Shown here: piece after piece, positions 23,653 to 32,000 of the stretch
Layout of the letters: each line of letters begins with the position of its first letter
Numbering within the stretch: position 1 is the first letter of the stretch
Assembly (NCBI GenBank): GCA_945787015.1
Contig: CALZGM010000013.1
Location: 28,568-60,567, forward strand
Length of the DNA stretch: 32,000 nucleotides
Reading direction: 5' to 3'
From: an uncultured Roseburia sp.
Lineage (GTDB): Bacteria; Bacillota; Clostridia; Lachnospirales; Lachnospiraceae
The notes under the pieces: generated by a model
Seen by the model: only the letters and a program-made list of their open reading frames with translations
Databases searched by the model: none
Told to the model about the DNA's origin: nothing
Made by a program: the position numbers and the translations under genes

Positions 23653-25218
23653 TTACATTTCCTTTACAATTAGCAGCTTTTCACCTGCTTTAATGGTTGC
23701 TTCCTTTTTTTGATTCTGCTGCATAAGCGCTTCTGTTGTTGTATGATATCGTTTCGCTATGTTCCAAAGTGTATCCCCGCTTTTTGCAATGTATCCTACC
23801 AGACCCGGTATTTTCTGCACTTCTTCTATATCAAGCGGTTCCTCTTTTACCGATACAATGCGTTCAACTTCTTTCATAGAAAACGCCAGTATTCCAATGC
23901 TGATTGCCGCCTTTATTTCTGCATGCGTCTGGTCTAACATGCTTGCAGATAACTGTACAATATGACACTCATGTTCCACCCTCACTTCATCTTCTGTTGC
24001 CGGAATCTCAATTAACTGCTCAAACGGATAAATTTTCTCGACTGCTCCAACAGGCATGTGATCATCTGTTGTTATATAAAGAAGATTTACCGTTAACGTT
24101 CCTTCTACAAACACACCCCCCGGTTGTTTCTCCATCCGGTCCACATGTGCTGTTCCCTCACAGGAACAAATCTGCAGAATTTTTTCCTGGTTCTCCATGA
24201 GTTCCATCGACTCTACTACCTTACTGACGGCCTCGTTTTTAATCAACAAGTGTTCCAGATGCACAGTTCCCCGTTCCGGTATCAAATTCTGCTTCAGAGA
24301 ATACAAATCCTCTAATAATTCCAGTTTCGTTTCCTGCCACAAACGCACAGATACATACAGCAAAAGTTCCAACACAAGCATTCGTTCTTCCCCGTCATAG
24401 TCAGGTTTCACCTCAAGTTCTTTACCGATTTCTTCTATTTGAATCTTATAATAGAGATCCTCGCCTGTCGGACGTTCTATTTCAAAATCTGTTCCGCATT
24501 CCAGAGGCAGTGTTGTTTCATACCACTGTATGCGATCCGGTTCCTCTTCTTCCTGATACAAAATAGAAAGCAGAATTTCACCGGTTAAATGAATGCCATC
24601 AGAATCCAGTCTGCTTCCCACATTTCGAAGTTCTACACTCTTCCACAGGATTTCTCTGATATTTGGCTTACTGGATGGCAGCGCAATCTCATTTTTCTGC
24701 CGGCAGATATCACGCTTCGCGAAAAGCTGTTGGGATATTTCTATCGGCTTTTTAAGCTGCAGGCAGTCCTCTCCAGGTTCTGCTGCATCCGCCACTTCCT
24801 CCACAGACGGCACCTGTGCTTCTGTACGCAGGACAATGACCGCCCGCACATTCAATTTTCTGGAATGAATCACTCCAATGGTAAGGTCTTCCATTTCGCA
24901 CATCAGGCGTACCGTGTCATATTCGCTGATTCCCTCCATATTGATTTTTTCCTGAAACGGAAGTTCCCCCTTAAGGCAGCTGATTTTTCCATTCTCCTGA
25001 TCACTCCGATAAAGCACTGAGAAAAGAAGCTTTCCCTTTACCCAGACTGCGCCCGCAGCCGGCTTTACCTCTTCCGCCTTTATGTTTCCCTGTCCGCGAA
25101 TTATTTTTACAATGTCGGGTCTGTAATCCGGTACATTATAGTCATCATCTAGTGTAATCTGGCTCTCTGCCCATCCTCTTTGCAGAACGTTATGTAATTT
25201 TATAGTTGACAATTCCAT
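23653..25218 (-). CDS. DUF3794 (SPOCS) repeat protein with a C-terminal LysM domain; SpoVID-like spore morphogenesis candidate
   Basis: C-terminal YIAKSGDTLWNIAKRYHTTTEALMQQNQ...GEKLLIV is a LysM domain. The ATG at 25218 has RBS ggggga. Confidence 0.7.
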   Translation of the reverse strand: MELSTIKLHNVLQRGWAESQITLDDDYNVPDYRPDIVKIIRGQGNIKAEEVKPAAGAVWVKGKLLFSVLYRSDQENGKISCLKGELPFQEKINMEGISEYDTVRLMCEMEDLTIGVIHSRKLNVRAVIVLRTEAQVPSVEEVADAAEPGEDCLQLKKPIEISQQLFAKRDICRQKNEIALPSSKPNIREILWKSVELRNVGSRLDSDGIHLTGEILLSILYQEEEEPDRIQWYETTLPLECGTDFEIERPTGEDLYYKIQIEEIGKELEVKPDYDGEERMLVLELLLYVSVRLWQETKLELLEDLYSLKQNLIPERGTVHLEHLLIKNEAVSKVVESMELMENQEKILQICSCEGTAHVDRMEKQPGGVFVEGTLTVNLLYITTDDHMPVGAVEKIYPFEQLIEIPATEDEVRVEHECHIVQLSASMLDQTHAEIKAAISIGILAFSMKEVERIVSVKEEPLDIEEVQKIPGLVGYIAKSGDTLWNIAKRYHTTTEALMQQNQKKEATIKAGEKLLIVKEM

Positions 25219-25276
25219 AAAAAAATCCCCCAATCCGAAGCTTTTTACATCTTATTCGGACTGGGAGAAATTTATA

Positions 25277-25519
25277 CTAGCAAAGTTTCATACGAATGTC
25301 TTTTGTGATAATGTCATTATAACTAAAGGAAAGAAGCTGAGGTGGATTTACCTCCCGTTCATCTTTGACCAAAACAGTAAATACACTCGGATATGCATTT
25401 TGAATGATACCTTCCTGAATGTCTACCTTGTTGCGCCCGCGGTCAAGCTGAATTAATACTTTGCTGCCACACTGTCTGTGCACGGATGCCCGGACCTTGT
25501 TAATATCTGTCTGTTGCAT
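25277..25519 (-). CDS. veg: Veg protein
   Basis: INKVRASVHRQCGSKVLIQLDRGRNKVDIQEGIIQNAYPSVF is the Veg family pattern. Confidence 0.9.
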   Translation of the reverse strand: MQQTDINKVRASVHRQCGSKVLIQLDRGRNKVDIQEGIIQNAYPSVFTVLVKDEREVNPPQLLSFSYNDIITKDIRMKLC

Positions 25520-25570
25520 AAACCTACCTCCTTTATCCGGCGTTCCCCAACGCCTGCCCTATTGTGCTTT

Positions 25571-25599
25571 AGTATAGCACCGCGTAAAATCCATGTCAA
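25571..25599 (-). promoter_or_regulatory. Strong sigma-A promoter of veg
   Basis: Minus strand: TTGACA (25599-25594), 17-nt spacer ending in TGc, TATACT (25576-25571). Confidence 0.7.
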
Positions 25600-25645
25600 T
25601 CAAAATCATGTAGTTTACAAAAATTTTACCACTATTTCTTGTGTT

Positions 25646-26065
25646 CTAATCGAAAACTACATTTTTATCGATCTTTTCCGTCTCTACAACAATATAGGGA
25701 TAGCTTGGGCTCTTTGCAACATTCTCTCCCTTTCTGGGACCAATCAGCTCACTTGAGAAAAATACTGCATTGCTGCTTAGATACAATTCCTTTACCTGAA
25801 TGCTGTAACCACCGGTCTCCTGTTCCCCATAGCCCCTTACAATATATAGATGTTCCGGTGTTTCATAAGTCAATTTAAAGTCTGCTGCCTTTTTTTCCTC
25901 AATCTGTGTCTTTAACTCTTCCGGTAACTCCTCCTCTGCTATAATTTGAAAATCCAAATCCCTTACCTTGGTCCGGCTGGTCTTTTCAATCCCGCATCCT
26001 GCTGCACATAATGTTAATGCTCCTGCCAGTAAAAATAACACCGCCTGTTTCTTTCTTTTTTCCAA
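25646..26065 (-). CDS. PrcB C-terminal domain lipoprotein
   Basis: Lipobox LTLCAAGC and YGEQETGGYSIQV (PrcB_C-like). A TTG start at 26065 with RBS gaggtg is preferred over the far-upstream track start. Confidence 0.65.
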   Translation of the reverse strand: MEKRKKQAVLFLLAGALTLCAAGCGIEKTSRTKVRDLDFQIIAEEELPEELKTQIEEKKAADFKLTYETPEHLYIVRGYGEQETGGYSIQVKELYLSSNAVFFSSELIGPRKGENVAKSPSYPYIVVETEKIDKNVVFD

Positions 26066-26209
26066 CTCGCACACCTCATTTTCAAGTCTAATTTGTTTCC
26101 ATACCTTATCATAACTTATGCACCTATCCAAATCCTTATGAATTATGGCTTGTTTTTCCCGCTTTTCGGTTTTATAATGTCTGTAGAAATTCAGAAAGGT
26201 TCATAGTTT

Positions 26210-26935
26210 ATGATTCGATTTATTTTTGTTGTAATCGTTGTCGTTCTCTACTTAGTTTTAAGTCTTCCATACGCCGGTTTAGAATGGATTTTGAGGAAAT
26301 TCAATAAAGAGGCCTCTGACTTACGTCAGCTTCGTGTGGTTCAGACCGTATTTAAGTTTGTTTTGTGGCTTAGTGGTGTGAAGCTTACGGTGATCGGTGA
26401 AGAAAATGTTCCAACAGACGTGCCGGTTTTATATGTAGGAAATCACAAAAGTATGTTTGATGTTGTTATCACTTATGCACGTTGTCCAAGATTAACAGGC
26501 TACATTTCCAAAAACAATCTGGAACACATTCCGCTCTTAAATCTTTGGATGCGCCGCCTTCACTGTCTTTTCCTAAACCGTGAAGACATTAAGGAAGGAT
26601 TAAAAACCATCTTAGCCGGTATTGAAAACGTTAAGAATGGCATTTCAATGTGTATCTTCCCGGAAGGCACCAGAAATAAAGGGGAAGACCTGTTACTTCC
26701 ATTTAAGGAAGGCAGTCTAAAGATTGCGGAAAAAACAGGTTGTCCGATTGTTCCAATGGCACTTACCAATACGGCAGATATTTTTGAGAATCATTTTCCA
26801 CGTATAAGACCAACGGAAGTTACCTTAGAATACGGAAAACCGATTTATCCGAATGAACTGGACAAAGAAGAGAAAAAGCATCTTGGTGCCCATTGTCAGA
26901 ATGTGGTTGCAGAAATGCTGGAAAAATTGAACTAA
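26210..26935 (+). CDS. plsC: 1-acyl-sn-glycerol-3-phosphate acyltransferase
   Basis: NHKSMFD (HX4D) and FPEGTR motifs. Confidence 0.9.
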   Translation: MIRFIFVVIVVVLYLVLSLPYAGLEWILRKFNKEASDLRQLRVVQTVFKFVLWLSGVKLTVIGEENVPTDVPVLYVGNHKSMFDVVITYARCPRLTGYISKNNLEHIPLLNLWMRRLHCLFLNREDIKEGLKTILAGIENVKNGISMCIFPEGTRNKGEDLLLPFKEGSLKIAEKTGCPIVPMALTNTADIFENHFPRIRPTEVTLEYGKPIYPNELDKEEKKHLGAHCQNVVAEMLEKLN

Positions 26936-26936
26936 C

Positions 26937-26986
26937 AAAAAATGCGGTTGTGGCGAATATTTCTTCGTCAGAACCGCATCTTTTTT
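26937..26986. terminator. Bidirectional terminator between plsC and murF
   Basis: atgcggtt (26942-26949) pairs with aaccgcat (26972-26979), flanked by an A-run and a T-run. Confidence 0.7.
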
Positions 26987-28364
26987 ATAATGCTTTTACA
27001 ATCTCCGGGAAATTCATAAAATGAGAAGCCTTCACTAAGATAGTATCTCCTTCTTTCACTTCTCCCTTTAATACCGTTATCAATTCTTCTTTTGTCTCGA
27101 AATGCCAAGTTTTTGTCACAGGGCTTACTGCTTTTACAGCTTTTACAATTTCCTCAGACAAGGCTCCTGCACAATAAAGAGCATCAATGCCTTTTCCCTC
27201 AAAATGCTCTCCTACGCTGTAGTGCAGAGCTTTCTCATCTGCTCCAAGCTCGCCCATGTCACCTAACACAGCGATTTTTCTGCCTTCTGCCTTCGATAAC
27301 ACATCAATGGAGGCCTTCATGGAAACCGGATTTGCATTATAGCAGTCATCGATAATCGTCATCCCGTTTCTGTGAATCAGGTTACTTCTTCCTCCGATGG
27401 TTGTAACACCTTCAATACCGCATTTCATTTCTGCCACGGTAAGTCCCAATTCCTTTGCAACCGCTACTGCTGCCAGTGCATTATACACATTGTGTTCGCC
27501 TGCAATCGGGATTTCCACTTCAAATGCTTTTTCCGGTTGTTCGTTCTGGCTGGCAATGTGAATCACTGCCTTTGTCTGCGTCAGTCCAACCGCTTCCACG
27601 TCTGTTGCGTATACAGCTTTTCCTTCGCCTATACCGTAGAATACCGTTTCTTTGCCATTTACCGTTTTTTTCGTGCATAGCTTATCGTCATCTCCGTTTA
27701 AAACGACCACACCATTTGGCTTCATATGTTCAAAGCATTCGGTTTTTGCTTTCAAAATGCCGTCTCGGTCGATCAGATTTTCAAGGTGGCATAAGCCGAT
27801 ATTCGTAATCACACAGATATCCGGATTCGCCATCTCTGCCAGACGGTGCATCTCACCGAAATCGGAAATACCCATTTCAAGAACAGCCAATTCATGTTCT
27901 TCCCTGATTTTAAAAATGGTTAATGGCAAGCCAATTTCGTTATTGAAATTGCCCTCCGTTTTTAGCACATTGTACTTCTGTGACAGCACAGATGCAATCA
28001 TTTCTTTTGTGCTGGTCTTGCCAACGCTTCCTGTAATTCCAACCACCTTAATGTTAAGAGAACGACGATAAAAAGCTGCCAGCTTTTTCATCGCTGCTTC
28101 GCAGGAATCTACCAGAATGTATGGTCCGGCCGGGCTTTCAAGTTCATGCTCGGAAAGTACTGCAAGGGCTCCGCTTTCGAAGGCAGCCGGAATGAAGCTG
28201 TGTCCGTCTACCCTGGCTCCCTTGATTGCAATAAACAGGTAATCTTTTTCCACCAGTCGGTTATCAATCACCGCACCGGCAATCTCTTTTTCCTTATCTG
28301 CTTCGGTTCCGTAATAAGTACCGCCACAGGCAGTGGCGATATTATTAAGTGTCATATTTTTCAT
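26985..28364 (-). CDS. murF: UDP-N-acetylmuramoyl-tripeptide--D-alanyl-D-alanine ligase
   Basis: GITGSVGKTSTKE P-loop, with Mur ligase pattern and length. The start is taken at MKNMTLNNIA. Confidence 0.9.
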   Translation of the reverse strand: MKNMTLNNIATACGGTYYGTEADKEKEIAGAVIDNRLVEKDYLFIAIKGARVDGHSFIPAAFESGALAVLSEHELESPAGPYILVDSCEAAMKKLAAFYRRSLNIKVVGITGSVGKTSTKEMIASVLSQKYNVLKTEGNFNNEIGLPLTIFKIREEHELAVLEMGISDFGEMHRLAEMANPDICVITNIGLCHLENLIDRDGILKAKTECFEHMKPNGVVVLNGDDDKLCTKKTVNGKETVFYGIGEGKAVYATDVEAVGLTQTKAVIHIASQNEQPEKAFEVEIPIAGEHNVYNALAAVAVAKELGLTVAEMKCGIEGVTTIGGRSNLIHRNGMTIIDDCYNANPVSMKASIDVLSKAEGRKIAVLGDMGELGADEKALHYSVGEHFEGKGIDALYCAGALSEEIVKAVKAVSPVTKTWHFETKEELITVLKGEVKEGDTILVKASHFMNFPEIVKAL

Positions 28365-28425
28365 GTAATCCTCCATGTTGCTTGCAGAGTTTCTCCCCTT
28401 GACGAGGAGAGGATTTTCTCTCCGC

Positions 28426-29478
28426 TTACTGATATCTGCGTAATGAAATCTCAATTAATTTTTCACAGAGCTGATTAAAATTCATTCCGATTACATTTGC
28501 TTCCTGCGGAAGGAGACTGGTCGGCGTCATGCCCGGCAAGGTGTTTGCTTCCAGACAGAACATCTCGTTGTTCTCATTTAACAGGAAGTCCATACGGGAA
28601 TAGGTGTCTAAGCCCAATACGATTGCTACGCGTTCTGCGTAATGCTGCATCTGTTTTGCAATTTCTTCCGGCAAATCTGCAGGACAGGTTTCTACTGCGC
28701 TTCCTGCTTTGTATTTATTCTTATAATCATAGAAACCCTGTACCGGTGCAATTTCAATGACTGGTAATGCCTTGTAGTCAATAACGCCAACGGAAAATTC
28801 CCTGCCTTCGACATATTCTTCAATGACCAGATTATTTTCCCAACGGAAGGCTTCGTCTAAAGCTGCCTTAAATTCTTCCTCTGTACGTGCAATGGATACC
28901 CCAATGCTGGAACCGCCGCAGCATGGCTTTACTACGCATGGAAGCTTCAATCCAAGCTCTGCTGCACTGTCTTTTCTATCCTCTTTTTTCAATGCGATAC
29001 CCTGTGGTGTCGGAATGCCATCTGCAATAAAAAACTGCTTTGCCATTCCTTTATCCATGGCAATGGCACTGCTTAAATAACCGCTTCCTGTATAACGGAT
29101 ACCAAATAAATCGAAAGCTGCCTGTATTTTACCGTTCTCGCCGTTTTCACCATGAAGTGCCATAAATACCACATCTGCCATCCGGCAAAGATCAATGACG
29201 TTCGGTCCGAAGAAGCAGTCCGATTGGTCTTTTCTTCCCGCTTTTACCTTTGCAAGGTCCGGTGCAATTTCCGGAATGCCGGCCACCTTTACGCTTACTT
29301 CTTCTGCCCTGTCAAAAATGCCTGTCAAATCCTCCGGTTTATCGCTATATCCCATGAAAACATCCAGTAAAATAACCTGATGTCCGTTCTCTCTCAATGC
29401 TTTTGTAACCATGTCTCCGGTTTTAAAGGAAACATCTCTCTCGGTGCTGAGTCCACCTGCTAATACCACAATTTTCAT
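28426..29478 (-). CDS. ddl: D-alanine--D-alanine ligase
   Basis: MKIVVLAGGLSTERDVSFKTG, with an ATP-grasp pattern ending LEANTLPGMT. The ATG at 29478 has RBS agagga. Confidence 0.9.
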   Translation of the reverse strand: MKIVVLAGGLSTERDVSFKTGDMVTKALRENGHQVILLDVFMGYSDKPEDLTGIFDRAEEVSVKVAGIPEIAPDLAKVKAGRKDQSDCFFGPNVIDLCRMADVVFMALHGENGENGKIQAAFDLFGIRYTGSGYLSSAIAMDKGMAKQFFIADGIPTPQGIALKKEDRKDSAAELGLKLPCVVKPCCGGSSIGVSIARTEEEFKAALDEAFRWENNLVIEEYVEGREFSVGVIDYKALPVIEIAPVQGFYDYKNKYKAGSAVETCPADLPEEIAKQMQHYAERVAIVLGLDTYSRMDFLLNENNEMFCLEANTLPGMTPTSLLPQEANVIGMNFNQLCEKLIEISLRRYQ

Positions 29479-29556
29479 CTTTTTCCTCTTTTCTGTGCGT
29501 AATTCACCAGTTACATTCTGCTTTATAGTAAACCATTTTTTTGCTTCTGACAAGGC

Positions 29557-29582
29557 AAAAAAGTGCTATTTTCATAGCACTT
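29557..29582 (-). terminator. Intrinsic terminator about 80 nt upstream of ddl
   Basis: Minus strand: aagtgctat gaaa atagcactt followed by tttttt. Confidence 0.65.
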
Positions 29583-29613
29583 CCTGCTTCCCCTGCATCC
29601 ATTTTCCTTTCTG

Positions 29614-29951
29614 TTACTTACCGTTAGATTTCTCTACCGATTCCAATAACCGCATCAGCCATAAAAACATCTGTCTGGCCAACAATTCCTCATCCTCTAT
29701 CAGATTCCCATAACGGTATACTTTCTCACGTAATGCTTCCGGTGACATCCTGTCATAATTCGTTACCACCTGATACAAGAGCCGCAATCTTTCCGGGCGA
29801 ATGGAAACGCTGTCGCACAGGCAGCGATACAAACGCTTATCCCGATAGATCTGTCCTAATATCTCACCAATTAGCTGTGCATCCTTTTGTATGTCTTTCT
29901 CCCTGCAATGGGGCAGAGGAAGCACCTTTATTGTAGCAGTCCTTCCTCTGT
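29614..29951 (-). CDS. Doubtful ORF (hypothetical helical protein, or non-coding leader / decayed gene)
   Basis: The frame is open, but the first 11 codons of the track ORF lie inside the hpf terminator. There is no in-frame ATG before residue 93 and no convincing RBS. Confidence 0.25.
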
Positions 29952-29957
29952 TTCGTG

Positions 29958-29985
29958 ACACGCGAATTGCAAAATGAACACGCGA
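29958..29985. repeat. Tandem ACACGCGA direct repeats, 20 bp apart
   Basis: acacgcga at 29958-29965 and 29978-29985, within tgacacgcgaatt / tgaacacgcgatt. Confidence 0.6.
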
Positions 29986-29990
29986 TTCGC

Positions 29991-30020
29991 AAAAAAGCGG
30001 GCGCCAAAGATGCGCCCGCT
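29991..30020 (-). terminator. Intrinsic terminator of hpf
   Basis: agcgggcgc (29996-30004) pairs with gcgcccgct (30012-30020). A T-run follows on the minus strand. Confidence 0.8.
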
Positions 30021-30038
30021 TCACCTATTGTTATATTT

Positions 30039-30569
30039 CTAGAATTCCGGTTCAATCAAACCGTAAGTATTGCCCTTTCTCTTATAAACAACATTTACTT
30101 CGTCTGTCTCTGCATTTACAAATACGAAGAAATCATGTCCCAATAATTCCATCTGTACACACGCATCTTCTGCATACATTGGTTTCATATCAAATTTCTT
30201 CACACGGGTAATCTGAATCTCTTCATCTTCTACCGACTGCTCTTCTAAGAACTCCTGCTTGAATGCAGATGCTGCATTCTGGTGTTTTGAAATTAATTTG
30301 GTGCGGTATTTTTTCAACTGACGTTCAATGACTTCTTCCACCAAATCAATGGAAACATACATATCGTTGCTGACCTGCTCAGAACGAATAATATTTCCTT
30401 TGGTTGGAATAGTAACCTCCACCTTCTGGCGTTCTTTTTCAACACTGAGTGTTACATATACGTCTGTGTCCGGAGTAAAATACTTTTCGAGCTTATTCAG
30501 CTTGTCTTCCACTGCGCTCTTAATACCTTCTGTTAAATCGATATTTCTTCCTGTAATTTTGATTCTCAT
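30039..30569 (-). CDS. hpf: Ribosome hibernation-promoting factor, long form
   Basis: MRIKITGRNIDLTEGIKSAVEDKLNKLEKYF, with a C-terminal dimerisation domain (...VVYKRKGNTYGLIEP). Confidence 0.92.
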   Translation of the reverse strand: MRIKITGRNIDLTEGIKSAVEDKLNKLEKYFTPDTDVYVTLSVEKERQKVEVTIPTKGNIIRSEQVSNDMYVSIDLVEEVIERQLKKYRTKLISKHQNAASAFKQEFLEEQSVEDEEIQITRVKKFDMKPMYAEDACVQMELLGHDFFVFVNAETDEVNVVYKRKGNTYGLIEPEF

Positions 30570-30643
30570 GATGTCATACCCCTTTGTCGCTTATTTGATA
30601 CTACTTCTAAAGATAATAGAAAGTATGCCTGTATCATGATTTT

Positions 30644-30671
30644 ATTATAACATATTCCCGTATATTCGCAA
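30644..30671 (-). promoter_or_regulatory. Sigma-A promoter of hpf with an extended -10
   Basis: Minus strand: TTGCGA (30671-30666), 16-nt spacer ending in TGt, TATAAT (30649-30644). Confidence 0.6.
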
Positions 30672-30722
30672 TCCAATTTTCAGACATTTCATCATTTTTA
30701 GCAAAATTTAATAACAACTTTC

Positions 30723-30775
30723 AAAAAAAAAAAAAAAATGCTCCGCACACGCTATGTATGCGAAGCATTTTTTTC
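30723..30775 (-). terminator. Intrinsic terminator after the ECF S-component gene, with an unusually long T16 tail
   Basis: aatgctccgca pairs with tgcgaagcatt; the single mismatch becomes a G-U pair in the minus-strand RNA. An A16 run lies at 30723-30738 on the plus strand. Confidence 0.7.
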
Positions 30776-30782
30776 ATTCTGT

Positions 30783-31343
30783 TTAGTCTTCCTGTGTTAA
30801 GCTTCCTTTTTTTGCACGTGTCTTGCTGTAGATGAACAGTAATAAGGTACCAAAAATTGCCATTGTAATAGCGTTAGGAATGCAAGCTGCAACACCCTGT
30901 GTAAATACTAATTCCTTCGGTTCTGCGTAGATCACGATATCAAGAACCGGAGCAACAATAATCCATGCTACAACATTGCCGATAATCTGGAATACGTTGT
31001 AGATAACTGCATCTTTTACAGTGAAGATACCTTCTTCTACATTCAACTTTACATGGCATAAGCCTGTGATAAAGCATGCAACGCCGGAAGCGATAACCCA
31101 GCTCATCCATGGAGAACCATACTGAACTGCATCGGAAAGTAAGTGTCCGATGAATGCGATTAAACCGCCGGCGATTGGTCCGAATAATGCAGCGAAAAAT
31201 CCGCCTACTGCATAGGCTGTCTGAAGGCTTACTTCAGGTACACCGGTAGGAACCTTTACAAACATAAATAATAATGTGAATAAAGCGGCTCCAAGACCTG
31301 TTGCAACAATTGTTTTTGTGCTGATTGCAAACATTTTTTTCAT
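30783..31343 (-). CDS. ECF transporter S component (UPF0397-like substrate-binding membrane protein)
   Basis: Six hydrophobic segments. MKKMFAISTKTIVATGLGAALFTLLFMFVKVP... is typical of ECF S units. Confidence 0.7.
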   Translation of the reverse strand: MKKMFAISTKTIVATGLGAALFTLLFMFVKVPTGVPEVSLQTAYAVGGFFAALFGPIAGGLIAFIGHLLSDAVQYGSPWMSWVIASGVACFITGLCHVKLNVEEGIFTVKDAVIYNVFQIIGNVVAWIIVAPVLDIVIYAEPKELVFTQGVAACIPNAITMAIFGTLLLFIYSKTRAKKGSLTQED

Positions 31344-31397
31344 AACTAACTATCTCCTTTGTGTGATATTTACTTTCTATTATATTACCACAAATTT

Positions 31398-32000
31398 CTA
31401 TTTTGTAAACTCTACAGTCCATTCAGGACCAAAATTGATACCATATTTTTTGATAAAACTACCCTGACTGACTGCTAATGCTACCTTCATCAGCTCATTA
31501 TTGTAAATAATCGGCTCGCCTTTCTTTGCCATACCAAAGCTCTGATGGAACAATACCTTTTCGTTAAATACGACTTCGCCTTCATGACGAACTACCACAT
31601 TTAGCATATCACCATATGCAAAACCTGCTTCTTTGAAGGTCTTAAGCGGAATATTGGTCCATAAATTTCCGAAGTTCGGGTCCTCGATTTCAAAGATTCC
31701 TTCTGCCCTGCCTTCTGTTACGGTTGGTTCTAAAATAGGCAGCTCAACGATTTCCTCTACGGGGTATTCCGGTCCGACTCCTTCAAAGTCAATAATGCCG
31801 CTGGCAAGTCTTGCTGCTGTGTAACCAAATAAGTCTCTTCCGTGGAAAATAGCAACCTCTTCGGTTCCTTTTCCGCGCAGACGGTTTACGGATTCATCAA
31901 TTTCACGAACGGCTTCAATGCCCACCCATTTTTTGTAGTGAGTAAGAGAACCATTGTCCGGTGTTACGATATAATAGCCATCCTTGGTTTTTGCTACACA
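31398..32000 (-). CDS. SAM hydrolase / SAM-dependent halogenase family protein (DUF62), C-terminal part; 5' end runs off the window
   Basis: The frame is open to position 32000: ...GYYIVTPDNGSLTHYKKWVGIEAVREIDES... The PDNG motif and the C-terminal beta domain are typical of the family. Confidence 0.7.
   Translation of the reverse strand, partial: CVAKTKDGYYIVTPDNGSLTHYKKWVGIEAVREIDESVNRLRGKGTEEVAIFHGRDLFGYTAARLASGIIDFEGVGPEYPVEEIVELPILEPTVTEGRAEGIFEIEDPNFGNLWTNIPLKTFKEAGFAYGDMLNVVVRHEGEVVFNEKVLFHQSFGMAKKGEPIIYNNELMKVALAVSQGSFIKKYGINFGPEWTVEFTK

Noticed and set aside
30723-30738. A16/T16 homopolymer as a phase-variation tract.
   Set aside because: It lies directly 3' of a hairpin on the minus strand, so it is the U-tail of the ECF S-component terminator. 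It is not inside a coding region or between -35 and -10 elements. It is only noteworthy for its length.
1-32000. CRISPR arrays, tRNA genes and rRNA genes.
   Set aside because: No regularly spaced repeats of 25-40 bp were seen. No intergenic region has cloverleaf-compatible sequence or rRNA-like conserved blocks. The intergenic spaces are short and are accounted for by promoters and terminators.

Overview
This window looks like a chromosomal segment from a spore-forming Clostridia-type Firmicute. The evidence is gene content (spoIIID, a SpoVID-like LysM protein, veg, a long-form hpf) and the fact that almost all genes sit on the minus strand. I found no rRNA, tRNA or CRISPR array.

Layout:
- (a) 1 to about 5460: the right-hand end of an integrative mobilizable element. 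It carries a MOBQ-type relaxase (cut by the window edge), a hairpin-rich candidate oriT, a small ORF, an iteron-like inverted repeat, a RepA/AAA_25-type ATPase, MobC, a tyrosine integrase, Xis, and a divergently transcribed XRE repressor. It sits directly beside the 3' end of guaA.
- (b) 5499-10821: core genes. These are guaA, a Gx-transporter / NusG-II / ApbE trio, and a heparanase-like GH79 hydrolase.
- (c) 10832-11027: a 196-bp MITE with perfect 19-bp terminal inverted repeats and an 8-bp target-site duplication.
- (d) 11150-11410: spoIIID.
- (e) 11337-15488: the most interesting region. A compact 3.9-kb cassette with no recombinase is bracketed by 119-bp direct repeats that duplicate the spoIIID promoter and 5' end. 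The cassette holds a divergent methionyl-tRNA synthetase paralog (KMSKS replaced by KASSS) behind its own consensus promoter and a terminator-containing leader. It also holds an overlapping XRE-HTH plus AbiEii/MenT-like nucleotidyltransferase gene pair with its own consensus promoter and operator.
- (f) 15530-32000: core genes. These are a histidine phosphatase, a truncated-looking metallophosphoesterase, aroK, aroE, two unknown genes, map, yqeY, an NlpC/P60 hydrolase, a CD225 protein, a DUF3794-LysM protein, veg, a PrcB-like lipoprotein, plsC, murF, ddl, an orphan unit bracketed by terminators, hpf, an ECF S component and a SAM hydrolase (cut by the window edge).

All functional calls come from my own reading of motifs in the translations. 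No database search was possible.
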